DNA of 64,000 bases from the human T2T-CHM13v2.0 reference genome, Homo sapiens, in the NCBI RefSeq assembly GCF_009914755.1, contig NC_060940.1. One strand, 5' to 3'. This document shows positions 12,501 through 27,931 of this stretch, piece by piece. The notes beneath the pieces were generated by a model. That model saw only the letters and a program-made list of their open reading frames with translations, was not told where the DNA came from and searched no databases. How positions within the stretch are numbered: position 1 is the stretch's first letter; every line of letters starts with the position of its first letter. Position numbers and translations under genes: made by a program.

Positions 12501-15500
12501 TGATGATTCCTTTCGATTCCATTCGCTGATGTTTCCGTTCAATTCCATTCGATGATGATTCCATTCGATTCCATTCATTGAGGATTCCATTTGATTCCAT
12601 TCAATGATGATTCCATTCTATTCCATTCAATGATTGCATTCAATTCCATTCAATGATTATCCCCTTAGAGTAAACTCAACGATTCCATTCAATACCATTC
12701 GATGATGATTCCTTTTGAGTCCATTCAATGATTTCATTCAAGTCCATTTGATGATTCCTTTCAATTCCATTCTATGATGATTCCATTCGAGTCCATTCGA
12801 TGATTCCATTCGATTGCATTCGATGATTCCATTATATTCCATTCAACGGTGATTCCATTTGAGTCCATTCCATGATTCCATTAGAGTACATTTAATGATT
12901 GCTTTGTTTTCAATTCGAAGATGATTACATTGGATTCCATTCTATGATACCATTCGATTCCATTCAATGATGATTCCACTCAAATCCATTGGATGATTCC
13001 ATTCGTGTCCATTCGGTGATTTCATTAGATTCCATTCGAGGATGATTCCATTCGATTCCATTCGATGATTCCATTCAATTCCATTCGATGATGATTCCAT
13101 TCCAGTCCATATGATCATTCCATTTGATTTCATTCGATGATGATTCCATTCGATTCCATTCGATGATTCCATTCTATTCCATTCGATGATGATTCCATTC
13201 GAGTCCATTCGATGATTCCATTCGAGTCCATTTAATGATTCCATTGGGTTCAATTCAATGATGATTACATTGGATTCCGTTCTATGATTCCATTCAATTC
13301 CGTTCATTGACAATTTGATTCCATTCGATGATGATTCCATTTGAGTTCATTCGATGATTCTATTCGATTCTCTTCGATGGTGATTCAATTCTATTATATT
13401 GGATGATTCCATTCGATTCCATTTGATGTTGATTCAATTCGATTCTATTCGATGATGATTCCATTGGATTTCACTTGATGATTCTATTCGATTCCATTCA
13501 ATGATGATTCACTTCTCGTCCATTGGATGATTCCATTTCATTCCATTCGATGATGATTCCATTCGATTCCATTCGATGATTCCATTTGATTCCATGCGTC
13601 GGTGAGCAATTCGATTCAATTCCATGATGATTCTATTTGATTCAATTAGATGATGTTTCCATTCGAATCCATTCCATGATTATTCCATTGGAATCCATTC
13701 GGCGATGATTCCATATGAGTCAATTCAATGATGATTCCATATGGGTCCGTTCGATGATAATTCCATTTGATTTCATTCGATGCTTCTATTCTATTCCAGT
13801 CGATGATGATCCCGTTGGAGTCCATACGATGATTCCATTTGATTTCATTTGATGATGATTCCATTCGATGACGATTACATTGGATTCCATTCTATGATTC
13901 CATTCAATTCCATTCGTTGATGATTCGATTCCATTCAATGATGATTCCATTTGAGTTCATTCGATGATTCTATTCGATTCCGTTCGATGGTGATTCAATT
14001 CTCTTATATTGGATGATTCCAGTCGATTCCATTTGATGATTATTCCATTGGAGTCCACTTAGTGAATCCTTTAGATTCTACTCGAAGATGATTCCATTCG
14101 AGTCCATTCGATGATACCATTCAATTCCATTCGTTGATGCTTCCATTCAAGTGCATTCGATGATATCATTCGATTCCATTTGATGATAATTCCATTTGAT
14201 TCCATGCGATGATTCTATTCGATTCCATTCAATGATAATTCCATTCAATTCAGTGATTCCTCTGGACTCCATTTGATGATGATTCCATTCAATGATTCCA
14301 TTCGATTCTATTCGAAAATGATTCCATTTGAATCCATTTGATGATGATTCCATTAGATTCCATTTGATGATTTCATTCGATTCCATTCGACGATGATTCC
14401 ATTCGATTCCGTTTGATGATTCCATTCTATTCTATTCGATGATGATTCCATTCGATTCCATTCGATGATGATTGGATTCGATTCCATTTGATGATTTCAT
14501 TGGATCCCATTCGTTAATGATTTCGATCAATTCCATTCGATGATTCCATTCGTTTCCATTCGATAATGATTACATCCGAGTCCATTCGATGATTCCCTTT
14601 GAGCCTGTTCGATAATTCCATTTGAGTCCAACCAATGATTCCATTCATTTCCATTCAATGATTCCATTCGAGTCCATTTGATCATTCCGGTAGGGTCCAT
14701 TCGATGTTGATTCCATTGGAGTGCATTCGATGATTCCATTCGAGTCCATTTTAGGATTTGATTCGAGTCCTTTCGATCATTCTATTCGATTCCACTCGAT
14801 GATGATTTCATTCGAGTCCATTCGACACTTCCAATCGATTCCATTTGATGATTCCATTCGAGTCCAATTGATGATTCCATTCAATTCCATTCGATGATGA
14901 TTCCGTACGATTCCATTCTGTGATGATTCCATGTGATTGCATTCAATGATGATTCCTTTCGATTGCATTCGATTATGATTCATTTCGTGTTCATTCTATG
15001 GTTCCACAGGTTTCCATTCGTGTCCATTCCATTATTCCATTCTATTCCATTTGATGATGATTCCATTCGATTCCATTCATTGGTGATTCCACTCAATTCC
15101 ATTCAATGATTCCATTCCATTTCTTTCAACAATGATTCCATTAGTTTCTATTCGATGATCCACTTGATTCCATTTGGCGATGATTCCATTCGTGTCCATT
15201 CGATGATTCCATTTGATTCCATATGATGATGATTCCATTCGATTCCATACCATGATGATTCCATTCGAGTCCATTCAATGGTGATTCCATTCAATTCCAT
15301 TCGATGATTCCTTCCGATTCCATTCGATGATGATGGCATTCGATTCCTTTCAATCATTCCCTTTGATTCCATTCAAAGGTGATTTCATTCAAGTCCATTC
15401 GATAATTGCATTCGATTCCATTCTATGATGATTCCATTCGAGTCCATTTGATGATTCCATTCAATTCAAGTCAATGATGATTCCATTCGATTCCATTCGA

Positions 15501-15707
15501 TGATTCCATTGGATTCCATTCGATGATGATTCCATTCAAATCCATTCGATAATTCAATTCAAGTCCATTCGATGATGATTCCAATCGAATCCATTCAAAG
15601 ATTCCATTCAGTTCCATTCGATGATTCCCTTAGATTCCATTCGATGATTCCACTTGATTGCATTTACGATGATTCCATTCGATTCCATGTGATGATTCCA
15701 TTCAATT
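9596..15707 (+). repeat. Unit U3, full length (6112 bp)
   Basis: Marker spacing 9596->15708; internal landmarks (GAGTAAACTC, CCGGTAGGGTCC, CCACAGGTTTCC) each seen once. Confidence 0.93.
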
Positions 15708-18700
15708 CTATTCAATGATGTCTCCATTTGATTCCATTCGACCATGATTGCCTTTGATTCCATTCAATGATTCCATTCGGTTCCGTTTGATGATGATTCC
15801 GTTCGATTCCATTTGATGATTCCATTTGATTCCATTGGATGAGTCCATTCGATTACATTCGATGATTATTCCATTCGAGTGCATTAGATGATTCCATTCG
15901 AGTCCATTCGATGATTCCATTCGATTCCATTCGATGTTGATTCTGTTCAAATCCATTCGATGATTCCACTCGATTCCATTCGTTGACTCCATTTGATCCC
16001 ATTCGATGATTTCCTTTGATTCCCTTTGATGATCATTCCATTTGATTCAATTCGGTGATTTCATTTGATTCCATTCAGTGATGTTTCCATTCGACTCCAT
16101 TCGATGATGATTCCATTCGACTCCATTCGGTTATGATTTCATTCAATTCCATTCGATAATGATTCCCTTCGAGTCCATTCGATGATTCCATTCGATTCCA
16201 TTCAACGATGATTTGATTCGTGTCCATTCGATGATTCCATTTGATTCCACTTGATGATGATTCCATTCGAGTCCATTTGATGATTCCATTCAATTCCATA
16301 CTCCGATGATTTCTTTTGAGCCCACTCAATGCTTCCACTCGATTCCATATGATGATGACTCCATTCGATGAAATTCGATGATGATTCCATTCGCTTGCTT
16401 TCGATGATGATTCCACTTGAGTCCGTTAGAAGATTCTATTCAATTACATTCCATGACGATTCCGTTCGAGTCCATTTGATGATTCCATTAGACTCCATTC
16501 GACGATGATTCCATTCGATGTTATTCGATGATTCCATTCGATCTCATTCGATGATGATTCCATTCAACTCCATTCGATGTTTCCATTCGAGTTCATTCTA
16601 TTATTCCATTAGATTCCATTCGATGATGATTCCATTCGATTCCATTTGATGATTGCATTCTATTTCATTTGATGATGATTCCATTCGAGTCCACTCGATG
16701 ATTCCATTCGAGTCCATTTAATGAATCCATTGGTTTCGATTCTATGATGATTACATTGGATTCCATTCGTTGATGATTTCATTCGGTTCCATTCAATGAT
16801 GATTCCATTCAATTCCTTTCAATGTTTCCATTCAATTCCATACGATGATGATTCCATTTGATTTGATTCGACAGTGAGCCATTCGATTCAATTCCATGAT
16901 GATTCTATTTGATTCAATTGGTTGACATTTCCATTCGATTCCATTCGATGATGATTCCCTTTGATTCCGTTCAAAGATGATTCCATTCTAGCCCATTCAA
17001 TCATTCCATTCGATTCGATTCAATGATGATTCCATTCATGTCGATTTGGTGATTCCATTTGACTTCATTTGATGATGATTCCTTTCAAGTTCATTAGATG
17101 ATTCCATTCGATTCCATTTGATGATGATCCCATTCGAGTCCATTCAGTGATTCCATTCGTTTCCATTCCATGATGATTCCATTCCTTTCCATTCAATGAT
17201 TCCATTCGATTCCGTTTGATGATGATTTCATTCGAGTCCATTTGATGATTCCATTTGATTCCATTCGATGATGATTCCATTCGAGTCCATTCGATGATTC
17301 TATTCGAATCCATTTGATGATTTCTTTTGATTATATTTGGTGATGATTCCATTGGAGTCCATTCAATGATTCCATTCTATTCCAATCGATGATGATTCCA
17401 TTAGAGTCCATTTAATGATTCCATTTGATTCCAGTCTCTGATGATTACATTCGAGTCCATATGATGATTCCACTCAATTCCATATGATGATGATTCCATT
17501 TGATTCCATTCGGTGATTCCATTCTATTCTATTCAATGGTGATTCCATTCGAGTACATTAGATGATTCCATTCGATTCCATTCAATGATGATTCTATTTG
17601 TGTCCCTTAGATGATTCCACATGATTCCATTAGATGATGATACTATTTGAGCCCATCCAATGATTCCCTTCGATTCCATTCGATGAGGATTCCATTCGAT
17701 TCAATTCATTGGTGATTCTATTCAATTCAATTCTTTGATTCCATTCCATTTCATTCGACAATGATTCCATTCGATTTCTTTCGATGATTCCACTCGATTC
17801 CACTTGACATTGATTCCATTCGATTCCATTCAATAATTCCATTTGATTCCAGTGGATGATGATTGCCATCGATTCCATTCGATCACTCCATTCTATTCCA
17901 TTTGATGATGATTACATTCGATTCCATTTGATGATTCCATCTGATTCTATTCGAGGATTCCATTTGATTCCATTCGATGATGATTCCATTCGAGTCCATT
18001 CGATGATTTCATTCGAGTACACCCAATGATTCCATTCGAGTCCATTAGATGATTCCATTTGATTCCATTTGAAAATGGTTCTACTAGAGTCCATTCAATG
18101 ACTCCATTCGAGTCCATTCAACAATTCCATTCGACTCCATTCGATGATTCCATTCGATTCCATTTGATGGTTCCATTCGAGTCCATTTAATCATTACACT
18201 CGAGTCCATTTGGTGATTCCACTGGATTTCCTTTGATAATGATACCATTCAATTACATTTGATGATGATCCCATTCAATTTCATTTGATGATGATTCCAT
18301 TAGAGTCCATTCGATGATTTCATTCGAGTCCCTTCATTGATTCCATCCGATTTCATTGGATGATGACTCCATTCGAGTCCATTCGATGATTCCACTCGAT
18401 TCCATTAGATGACTCCATTGGAGTCCATTTGATTGTTCCATTCGATTCCATTCGATTCCTTTCGAAGATTATTCCATTTGAGTCCATTCGATGATGATTC
18501 CATTCCATTCCATTCGATGATTCCGTTTGATTCCATTCGATGATTCCCTTCGATTCCTTTCTTTGATGATTCCATTCCATTCCATTCAATGATTCCATTC
18601 GAATCTATTCCATGATGATCCCTTTCGATTCCATTCGCTGATGTTTCCGTTCAATTCCATTCGATGATGATTCCATTCGATTCCATTCATTGAGGATTCC

Positions 18701-21700
18701 ATTTGATTCCATTCAATGATGATTCCATTCTATTCCATTCAATGATTGCATTCAATTCCATTCAATGATTATCCCATTAGAGTAAACTCAACGATTCCAT
18801 TCAATACCATTCGATGATGATTCCTTTTGAGTCCATTCAATGATTTCATTCAAGTCCATTTGATGATTCCTTTCAATTCCATTCTATGATGATTCCATTC
18901 GAGTCCATTCGATGATTCCATTCGATTGCATTCGATGATTCCATTATATTCCATTCAACGGTGATTCCATTCGAGTCCATTCCATGATTCCATTAGAGTA
19001 CATTTAATGATTGCTTTGTTTTCAATTCGAAGATGATTACATTGGATTCCATTCTATGATACCATTCGATTCCATTCAATGATGATTCCACTCAAATCCA
19101 TTGGATGATTCCATTCGTGTCCATTCGGTGATTTCATTAGATTCCATTCGAGGATGATTCCATTCGATTCCATTCGATGATTCCATTCAATTCCATTCGA
19201 TGATGATTCCATTCCAGTCCATATGATCATTCCATTTGATTTCATTCGATGATGATTCCATTCGATTCCATTCGATGATTCCATTCTATTCCATTCGATG
19301 ATGATTCCATTCGAGTCCATTCGATGATTCCATTCGAGTCCATTTAATGATTCCATTGGGTTCAATTCAATGATGATTACATTGGATTCCGTTCTATGAT
19401 TCCATTCAATTCCGTTCATTGACAATTTGATTCCATTCGATGATGATTCCATTTGAGTTCATTCGATGATTCTATTCGATTCTCTTCGATTGTGATTCAA
19501 TTCTATTATATTGGATGATTCCATTCGATTCCATTTGATGTTGATTCAATTCGATTCTATTCGATGATGATTCCATTGGATTTCACTTGATGATTCTATT
19601 CGATTCCATTCAATGATGATTCACTTCTCGTCCATTGGATGATTCCATTTCATTCCATTCGATGATGATTCCATTCGATTCCATTCGATGATTCCATTTG
19701 ATTCCATGCGTCGGTGAGCAATTCGATTCAATTCCATGATGATTCTATTTGATTCAATTAGATGATGTTTCCATTCGAATCCATTCCATGATTATTCCAT
19801 TGGAATCCATTCGGCGATGATTCCATATGAGTCAATTCAATGATGATTCCATATGGGTCCGTTCGATGATAATTCCATTTGATTTCATTCGATGCTTCTA
19901 TTCTATTCCAGTCGATGATGATTCCGTTGGAGTCCATACGATGATTCCATTTGATTTCATTTGATGATGATTCCATTCGATGATGATTACATTGGATTCC
20001 ATTCTATGATTCCATTCAATTCCATTCGTTGATGATTCGATTCCATTCAATGATGATTCCATTTGAGTTCATTCGATGATTCTATTCGATTCCGTTCGAT
20101 GGTGATTCAATTCTATTATATTGGATGATTCCACTCGATTCCATTTGATGATTATTCCATTGGAGTCCACTTAGTGAATCCTTTAGATTCTACTCGACGA
20201 TGATTCCATTCGAGTCCATTCGATGATACCATTCAATTCCATTCGTTGATGCTTCCATTCAAGTGCATTCGATGATATCATTCGATTCCATTTGATGATA
20301 ATTCCATTTGATTCCATGCGATGATTCTATTCGATTCCATTCAATGATAATTCCATTCAATTCAGTGATTCCTCTGGACTCCATTTGATGATGATTCCAT
20401 TCAATGATTCCATTCGATTCTATTCCAAAATGATTCCATTTGAATCCATTTGATGATGATTCCATTAGATTCCATTTGATGATTCCATTCGATTCCATTC
20501 GACGATGATTCCATTCGATTCCGTTTGATGATTCCATTCTATTCTATTCGATGATGATTCCATTCGATTCCATTCGATGATGATTGGATTCGATTCCATT
20601 TGATGATTTCATTTGATTCCATTCGTTAATGATTTCGATCAATTCCATTCGATGATTCCATTCGATTCCATTCGATAATGATTACATCCGACTCCATTCG
20701 ATGATTCCCTTTGAGCCTGTTCGATAATTCCATTTGAGTCCAACCAATGATTCCATTCATTTCCATTCAATGATTCCATTCGAGTCCATTTGATCATTCC
20801 GGTAGGGTCCGTTCGATGTTGATTCCATTGGAGTGCATTCGATGATTCCATTCGAGTCCATTTTAGGATTTGATTCGAGTCCTTTCAATGATTCCATTCG
20901 ATTCCACTCGATGATGATTTCATTCGAGTCCATTCGACACTTCTAATCGATTCCATTTGATGATTCCATTCGAGTCCAATTGATGATTCCATTCAATTCC
21001 ATTCGATGATGATTCCGTACGATTCCATTCTGTGATGATTCCATGTGATTGCATTCAATGATGATTCCTTTCGATTGCATTCGATTATGATTCATTTCGT
21101 GTTCATTCTATGGTTCCACAGGTTTCCATTCGTGTCCATTCCATTATTCCATTCTATTCCATTTGATGATGATTCCATTCGATTCCATTCATTGGTGATT
21201 CCACTCAATTCCATTCAATGATTCCATTCCATTTCTTTCAACAATGATTCCATTAGTTTCTAATCGATGATCCACTTGATTCCATTTGACGACGATTCCA
21301 TTCTTGTCCATTCGATGATTCCATTTGATTCCATATGATGATGATTCCATTCGATTCCATACCATGATGATTCCATTCGAGTCCATTCAATGGTGATTCC
21401 ATTCAATTCCATTCGATGATTCCTTTTGATTCCATTCGATGATGATGGCATTCGATTCCTTTCAATCATTCCCTTTGATTCCATTCAAAGGTGATTTCAT
21501 TCAAGTCCATTCGATAATTGCATTCGATTCCATTCTATGATGATTCCATTCGAGTCCATTTGATGATTCCATTCAATTCAAGTCAATGATGATTCCATTC
21601 GATTCCATTCGATGATTCCATTGGATTCCATTCGATGATGATTCCATTCAAATCCATTCGATAATTCAATTCAAGTCCATTCGATGATGATTCCAATCGA

Positions 21701-21819
21701 ATCCATTCAAAGATTCCATTCAGTTCCATTCGATGATTCCCTTAGATTCCATTCGATGATTCCACTTGATTCCATTTACGATGATTCCATTCGATTCCAT
21801 GTGATGATTCCATTCAATA
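15708..21819 (+). repeat. Unit U4, full length (6112 bp)
   Basis: Marker spacing 15708->21820. Confidence 0.93.
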
Positions 21820-24800
21820 CTATTCAATGGTGTTTCCATTTGATTCCATTCGACCATGATTGCCTTTGATTCCATTCAATGATTCCATTCGGTTCCGTTT
21901 GATGATGATTCCGTTCGATTCCATTTGATGATTCCATTTGATTCCATTGGATGAGTCCATTCGATTACATTCGATGATTATTCCATTCGAGTGCATTAGA
22001 TGATTCCATTCGAGTCCATTCGATGATTCCATTCGATTCCATTCGATGTTGATTCTGTTCAAATCCATTCGATGATTCCACTCGATTCCATTCGTTGACT
22101 CCATTTGATCCCATTCGATGATTTCCTTTGATTCCCTTTGATGATCATTCCATTTGATTCAATTCGGTGATTTCATTTGATTCCATTCAGTGATGTTTCC
22201 ATTCGACTCCATTCGATGATGATTCCATTCGACTCCATTCGATTATGATTTCATTCAATTCCATTCGATAATGATTCCCTTCGAGTCCATTCGATGATTC
22301 CATTCGATTCCATTCAACGATGATTTGATTCGTGTCCATTCGATGATTCCATTTGATTCCACTTGATGATGATTCCATTCGAGTCCATTTGATGATTCCA
22401 TTCAATTCCATACTCCGATGATTTCTTTTGAGCCCACTCAATGCTTCCACTCGATTCCATATGATGATGACTCCATTCGATGAAATTCGATGATGATTCC
22501 ATTCGCTTGCTTTCGATGATGATTCCACTTGAGTCCGTTAGAAGATTCTATTCAATTACATTCCATGACGATTCCATTCGAGTCCATTTGATGATTCCAT
22601 TAGACTCCATTCGACGATGATTCCATTCGATGTTATTCGATGATTCCATTCGATCTCATTCGATGATGATTCCATTCAACTCCATTCGATGTTTCCATTC
22701 GAGTTCATTCTATTATTCCATTAGATTCCATTCGATGATGATTCCATTCGATTCCATTTGATGATTGCATTCTATTTCATTTGATGATGATTCCATTCGA
22801 GTCCACTCGATGATTCCATTCGAGTCCATTTAATGAATCCATTGGTTTCGATTCTATGATGATTACATTGGATTCCATTCGTTGATGATTTCATTCGGTT
22901 CCATTCAATGATGATTCCATTCAATTCCTTTCAATGTTTCCATTCAATTCCATACGATGATGATTCCATTTGATTTGATTCGACAGTGAGCCATTCGATT
23001 CAATTCCATGATGATTCTATTTGATTCCATTGGTTGACATTTCCATTCGATTCCATTCGATGATGATTCCCTTTGATTCCGTTCAAAGATGATTCCATTC
23101 TAGCCCATTCAATCATTCCATTCGATTCTATTCAATGATGATTCCATTCATGTCGATTTGGTGATTCCATTTGACTTCATTTGATGATGATTCCTTTCAA
23201 GTTCATTAGATGATTCCATTCGATTCCATTTGATGATGATCCCATTCGAGTCCATTCAGTGATTCCATTCGTTTCCATTCCATGATGATTCCATTCCTTT
23301 CCATTCAATGATTCCATTCGATTCCGTTTGGTGATGATTTCATTCGAGTCCATTTGATGATTCCATTTGATTCCATTCGATGATGATTCCATTCGAGTCC
23401 ATTCGATGATTCTATTCGAATCCATTTGATGATTTCTTTTGATTATATTTGGTGATGATTCCATTGGAGTCCATTCAATGATTCCATTCTATTCCAATCG
23501 ATGATGATTCCATTAGAGTCCATTTAATGATTCCATTTGATTCCAGTCTCTGATGATTACATTCGAGTCCATACGATGATTCCACTCAATTCCATATGAT
23601 GATGATTCCATTTGATTCCATTCGGTGATTCCATTCTATTCTATTCAATGGTGATTCCATTCGAGTACATTAGATGATTCCATTCGATTCCATTCAATGA
23701 TGATTCTATTTGTGTCCCTTAGATGATTCCACATGATTCCATTAGATGATGATACTATTTGAGCCCATCCAATGATTCCCTTCGATTCCATTCGATGAGG
23801 ATTCCATTCGATTCAATTCATTGGTGATTCTATTCAATTCAATTCTTTGATTCCATTCCATTCCATTCGACAATGATTCCATTCGATTTCTTTCGATGAT
23901 TCCACTCGATTCCACTTGACATTGATTCCATTCGATTCCATTCAATGATTCCATTTGATTCCAGTGGATGATGATTGCCATCGATTCCATTCGATCACTC
24001 CATTCTATTCCATTTGATGATGATTACATTCGATTCCATTTGATGATTCCATCTGATTCTATTCGAGGATTCCATTTGATTCCATTCGATGATGATTCCA
24101 TTCGAGTCCATTCGATGATTTCATTCGAGTACATCCAATGATTCCATTCGAGTCCATTAGATGATTCCATTTGATTCCATTTGAAAATGATTCTACTAGA
24201 GTCCATTCAATGACTCCATTCGAGTCCATTCAACAATTCCACTTGACTCCATTCGATGATTCCATTCGATTCCATTTGATGGTTCCATTCGAGTCCATTT
24301 AATCATTACAGTCGAGTCCATTTGGTGATTCCACTGGATTTCTTTTGATAATGATACCATTCAATTACATTTGATGATGATCCCATTCAATTTCATTTGA
24401 TGATGATTCCATTAGAGTCCATTCGATGATTTCATTCGAGTCCCTTCATTGATTCCATCCGATTTCATTGGATGATGACTCCATTCGAGTCCATTCGATG
24501 ATTCCACTCGATTCCATTAGATGACTCCATTGGAGTCCATTTGATTGTTCCATTCGATTCCATTCGATTCCTTTCGAAGATTATTCCATTTGAGTCCATT
24601 CGATGATGATTCCATTCCATTCCATTCGATGATTCCGTTTGATTCCATTCGATGATTCCCTTCGATTCCTTTCTGTGATGATTCCATTACATTCCATTCA
24701 ATGATTCCATTCGAATCTATTCCATGATGATTCCTTTCGATTCCATTCGCTGATGTTTCCGTTCAATTCCATTCGATGATGATTCCATTCGATTCCATTC

Positions 24801-27800
24801 ATTGAGGATTCCATTTGATTCCATTCAATGATGATTCCATTCTATTCCATTCAATGATTGCATTCAATTCCATTCAATGATTATCCCATTAGAGTAAACT
24901 CAACGATTCCATTCAATACCATTCGATGATGATTCCTTTTGAGTCCATTCAATGATTTCATTCAAGTCCATTTGATGATTCCTTTCAATTCCATTCTATG
25001 ATGATTCCATTCGAGTCCATTCGATGATTCCATTCGATTGCATTCGATGATTCCATTATATTCCATTCAACGGTGATTCCATTCGAGTCCATTCGATGAT
25101 TCCATTAGAGTACATTTAATGATTGCTTTGTTTTCAATTCGAAGATGATTACATTGGATTCCATTCTATGATACCATTCGATTCCATTCAATGATGATTC
25201 CACTCAAATCCATTGGATGATTCCATTCGTGTCCATTCGGTGATTTCATTAGATTCCATTCGAGGATGATTCCATTCGATTCCATTTGATGATTCCATTC
25301 AATTCCATTCGATGATGATTCCATTCCAGTCCATATGATCATTCCATTTGATTTCATTCGATGATGATTCCATTCGATTCGATTCGACGATTCCATTCTA
25401 TTCCATTCGATGATGATTCCATTCGAGTCCATTCGATGATTCCATTCGAGTCCATTTAATGATTCCATTGGGTTCAATTCAATGATGATTACATTGGATT
25501 CCGTTCTATGATTCCATTCAATTCCGTTCATTGACAATTTGATTCCATTCGATGATGATTCCATTTGAGTTCATTCGATGATTCTATTCGATTCTCTTCG
25601 ATGGTGATTCAATTCTATTATATTGGATGATTCCATTCGATTCCATTTGATGTTGATTCAATTCGATTCTATTCGATGATGATTCCATTGGATTTCACTT
25701 GATGATTCTATTCGATTCCATTCAATGATGATTCACTTCTCGTCCATTGGATGATTCCATTTCATTCCATTCAATGATGATTCCATTCGATTCCATTCGA
25801 TGATTCCATTTGATTCCATGCGACGGTGAGCAATTCGATTCAATTCCATGATGATTCTATTTGATTCAATTAGATGATGTTTCCATTCGAATCCATTCCA
25901 TGATTATTCCATTGGAATCCATTCGGCGATGATTCCATATGAGTCAATTCAATGATGATTCCATATGGGTCCGTTCGATGATAATTCCATTTGATTTCAT
26001 TCGATGCTTCTATTCTATTCCAGTCGATGATGATTCCGTTGGAGTCCATACGATGATTCCATTCGATTTCATTTGATGATGATTCCATTCGATGATGATT
26101 ACATTGGATTCCATTCTATGATTCCATTCAATTCCATTCGTTGATGATTCGATTCCATTCAATGATGATTCCATTTGAGTTCATTCGATGATTCTATTCG
26201 ATTCCGTTCGATGGTGATTCAATTCTATTATATTGGATGATTCCACTCGATTCCATTTGATGATTATTCCATTGGAGTCCACTTAGTGAATCCTTTAGAT
26301 TCTACTCGACGATGATTCCATTCGAGTCCATTCGATGATACCATTCAATTCCATTCGTTGATGCTTCCATTCAAGTGCATTCGATGATATCATTCGATTC
26401 CATTTGATGATAATTCCATTTGATTCCATGCGATGATTCTATTCGATTCCATTCAATGATAATTCCATTCAATTCAGTGATTCCTCTGGACTCCATTTGA
26501 TGATGATTCCATTCAATGATTCCATTCGATTCTATTCCAAAATGATTCCATTTGAATCCATTTGATGATGATTCCATTAGATTCCATTTGATGATTCCAT
26601 TCGATTCCATTCGACGATGATTCCATTCGATTCCGTTTGATGATTCCATTCTATTCTATTCGATGATGATTCCATTCGATTCCATTCGATGATGATTGGA
26701 TTCGATTCCATTTGATGATTTCATTTGATTCCATTCGTTAATGATTTCGATCAATTCCATTCGATGATTCCATTCGATTCCATTCGATAATGATTACATC
26801 CGAGTCCATTCGATGATTCCCTTTGAGCCTGTTCGATAATTCCATTTGAGTCCAACCAATGATTCCATTCATTTCCATTCAATGATTCCATTCGAGTCCA
26901 TTTGATCATTCCGGTAGGGTCCATTCGATGTTGATTCCATTGGAGTGCATTCGATGATTCCATTCGAGTCCATTTTAGGATTTGATTCGAGTCCTTTCGA
27001 TGATTCCATTCGATTCCACTCGATGATGATTTCATTCGAGTCCATTCGACACTTCCAATCGATTCCATTTGATGATTCCATTCGAGTCCAATTGATGATT
27101 CCATTCAATTCCATTCGATGATGATTCCGTACGATTCCATTCTGTGATGATTCCATGTGATTGCATTCAATGATGATTCCTTTCGATTGCATTCGATTAT
27201 GATTCATTTCGTGTTCATTCTATGGTTCCACAGGTTTCCATTCGTGTCCATTCCATTATTCCATTCTATTCCATTTGATGATGATTCCATTCGATTCCAT
27301 TCATTGGTGATTCCACTCAATTCCATTCAATGATTCCATTCCATTTCTTTCAACAATGATTCCATTACTTTCTAATCGATGATCCACTTGATTCCATTTG
27401 ACGACGATTGCATTCTTGTCCATTCGATGATTCCATTTGATTCCATATGATGATGATTCCATTCGATTCCATACCATGATGATTCCATTCGAGTCCATTC
27501 AATGGTGATTCCATTCAATTCCATTCGATGATTCCTTTTGATTCCATTCGATGATGATGGCATTCGATTCCTTTCAATCATTCCCTTTGATTCCATTCAA
27601 AGGTGATTTCATTCAAGTCCATTCGATAATTGCATTCGATTCCATTCTATGATGATTCCATTCGAGTCCATTTGATGATTCCATTCAATTCAAGTCAATG
27701 ATGATTCCATTCGATTCCATTCGATGATTCCATTGGATTCCATTCGATGATGATTCCATTCAAATCCATTCGATAATTCAATTCAAGTCCATTCGATGAT

Positions 27801-27931
27801 GATTCCAATCGAATCCATTCAAAGATTCCATTCAGTTCCATTCGATGATTCCCTTAGATTCCATTCGATGATTCCACTTGATTGCATTTACGATGATTCC
27901 ATTCGATTCCATGTGATGATTCCATTCAATT
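21820..27931 (+). repeat. Unit U5, full length (6112 bp)
   Basis: Marker spacing 21820->27932. Confidence 0.93.
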
